Source of the DNA: Tubulanus polymorphus
Taxonomy: Eukaryota > Animalia > Nemertea
NCBI RefSeq assembly: GCF_964204645.1
Contig: NC_134026.1
Location: forward strand, 16,278,150-16,342,149
Direction: 5' to 3'
Length of the DNA stretch: 64,000 nt
In this document: piece after piece, positions 62,400-64,000 of the stretch
How the letters are laid out: each line of letters begins with the position of its first letter
How positions within the stretch are numbered: the stretch's first letter is position 1
Notes under the pieces: model-generated
What the model was told of the DNA's origin: nothing
What the model saw: the letters and a program-made list of their open reading frames with translations, nothing else
The model's database searches: none
Program-made: the position numbers and the translations under genes

Positions 62400-62722
62400 G
62401 TTCAGTCGTTTCTATTATGTTTAACACATACGCATTAAGCAAAACCGGCCATAAATGGCCGCATGTGACACATGTAACGCATGTGACGAGAACATGAATG
62501 CGTTTGAATTTTCTATATTCAGTTGTTTCTATTTTACAGAATTTATAGAATGAATATACAATTATGATTAACACATGTGCATTAAGCAAAACCGGCCATA
62601 AATGGCCGCATGTGACGCATGTAACGCATGTGTTGTTTCTATTTTACAGAATTTATAGAATGAATATATAATTATGTTTAACGCATGCGCATTAAGCAAA
62701 ACCGGCCATAAATGGCCGGCCG
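62400..62722. repeat. Three tandem units with GGCCATAAATGGCC hairpin and GCATGT(G/A)AC repeats
   Basis: gcattaagcaaaaccggccataaatggccg at about 62432, 62579 and 62689. Confidence 0.85.
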
Positions 62723-62857
62723 CTTGTATTATTTAGATATCAAGGAACTGAAACGACTTATCAAAAGCAGCGAGGAATGAAAAAGGATGACGTTGGTCGA
62801 AGAAATGGAAGAGGATTATAAAATATTAACCAATTTTAATAAAAATACGTATAATAA

Positions 62858-63538
62858 ATGGAACCAGAACAATCACAAGCTATAAATATAAACAATAAGA
62901 AATGTTCTAAATGTAAAATAAATAAGCAACTCTCGGAATATTATAATTATAAAACTCAGAAAGATGGTAAGCAAAGTTATTGTAAAACTTGTAGTTAACT
63001 AAGTGACAAACAAAATTATAGAAATAATACTGAATCGCGCAATGATAAAAATAAGAAATGGAAAGAAAATCATTTAGAATATATTAAAGCGTATCAAAAT
63101 AAATATCATAAAGAAAGATATCAAACAGATTTTAATTTTAAAATGAAACAATGTCTAGGTAATAGATTATCACAATTATTCAGTAAAGAAGCGCATTCAG
63201 TTACACTAGCACATTTACTAGATTGTTTGGATGAATTCTTTAAATCATGGATAATATATCAATTCGATGATAAAATGAATATAAATAATTATGGTAATTA
63301 TTTTCATATTGATCATGTGTTACCAATATCTAAATTTGATATGAATGATGAATACAATCAGAAGTTAATATGGAATTGGAAGAATCTAAGACCTCTTGAA
63401 AAGAAAGAAAATAAAATAAAATTTAATAAAATAGATTTACAGTTATATTTGAATCAACTGGAAAAAGCACAAAAATTTATTGAATTATGGAATTCAACAC
63501 ATAATGAACAATACGTTGAGTCTTTAATGAGTGGTTAA
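62858..63538 (+). pseudogene. HNH-family endonuclease with N-terminal CxxC...CxxC, one in-frame stop
   Basis: KKCSKC...KDGKQSYCKTC, TAA at 62996-62998, then HIDHVLPISKFD...WNWKNLRPLEKKENKIK in the same frame. Confidence 0.82.
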
Positions 63539-63764
63539 AGAATAATAGATTTTAAATAAAATATAATAAAAATTACATACCTTCAACTAGCTAATGAATT
63601 CTATTATATTTTTAATATTTTCTTTTCAAAAAGAGAATACTTTATATCACAAATAAAAAATACTAAAAAACAATAACTAATACTAGAGTTCTTTAACTTT
63701 AACTAGCTAGTATCATTTGAAGAATACTTATAATATTTTTTTTTGCTTTTTTTCTCTAATATAA

Positions 63765-64000
63765 ATGTCAAAGAAATCTAATAAGAATAGTATTGATATT
63801 GAAAAGACATTAGATGATTTGGGTATAAGTGATAATAAAGATACAGTTGTTTCTAATTCTATTCAAGTTAATAACAATATTGATTATGAATACTATTTAT
63901 ATTGTAAGCATCATCTAGAACTATTGATTGCGAGTGGAAAAACTAAAGAGTTTATTGGTAAAACAATAACTTTTCAAGAATTAGATAATATGAATAAAGA
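63765..64000 (+). CDS. Conserved uncharacterised Polinton ORF (partial, open to window end)
   Basis: MSKKSNKNSIDIEK...YCKHHLELLIASGKTKEFIGK; T-run + TATAAATG leader. Confidence 0.7.
   Translation, partial: MSKKSNKNSIDIEKTLDDLGISDNKDTVVSNSIQVNNNIDYEYYLYCKHHLELLIASGKTKEFIGKTITFQELDNMNK

Larger units (their letters stand above)
61070..64000 (+). mobile_element. Polinton copy 4, presumed left part, runs off the window
   Basis: CCCCTATTACTCTTAAAATATTC (inverse of 10885-10908), pPolB-type N-terminus, HNH gene, and a region homologous to 43925-44270. Confidence 0.8.

Overview
AT-rich animal genomic DNA, probably a marine invertebrate (inference from the receptor type and repeat families). It holds one clearly intact host gene, an intronless invertebrate-type D1-like dopamine receptor (Dop1R2/INDR-like, 25698-27377). 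Around it lie four decayed pieces of one Polinton/Maverick (adintovirus-like) family at 1-11070, 43925-47076, 48465-49462 and about 61070-64000. Together these give the gene order HNH - conserved ORF - integrase/chromodomain - packaging ATPase (+ strand), facing a - strand block of Zn-finger ORF, major capsid, small membrane proteins, penton, putative SSB and pPolB, followed by a terminal hairpin. There is also a 3.8-kb non-autonomous AGT...ACT element with a 6-bp TSD. Other content: IS3EU-like TAY..RTA MITEs (one self-nested, carrying a 31-bp palindromic array split by a solo LTR), LINE remnants, several MITEs and a spliced HECT E3 pseudogene. The most interesting signal is that nearly every Polinton gene starts with TAAATG, preceded by either a T-run (mostly structural genes) or a TAATAAAAA core (mostly replication/nuclease genes). 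This resembles poxvirus post-replicative promoters and suggests a virophage-like dependence on a helper giant virus (hypothesis). All family assignments come from motif recognition by eye; no database search was run.
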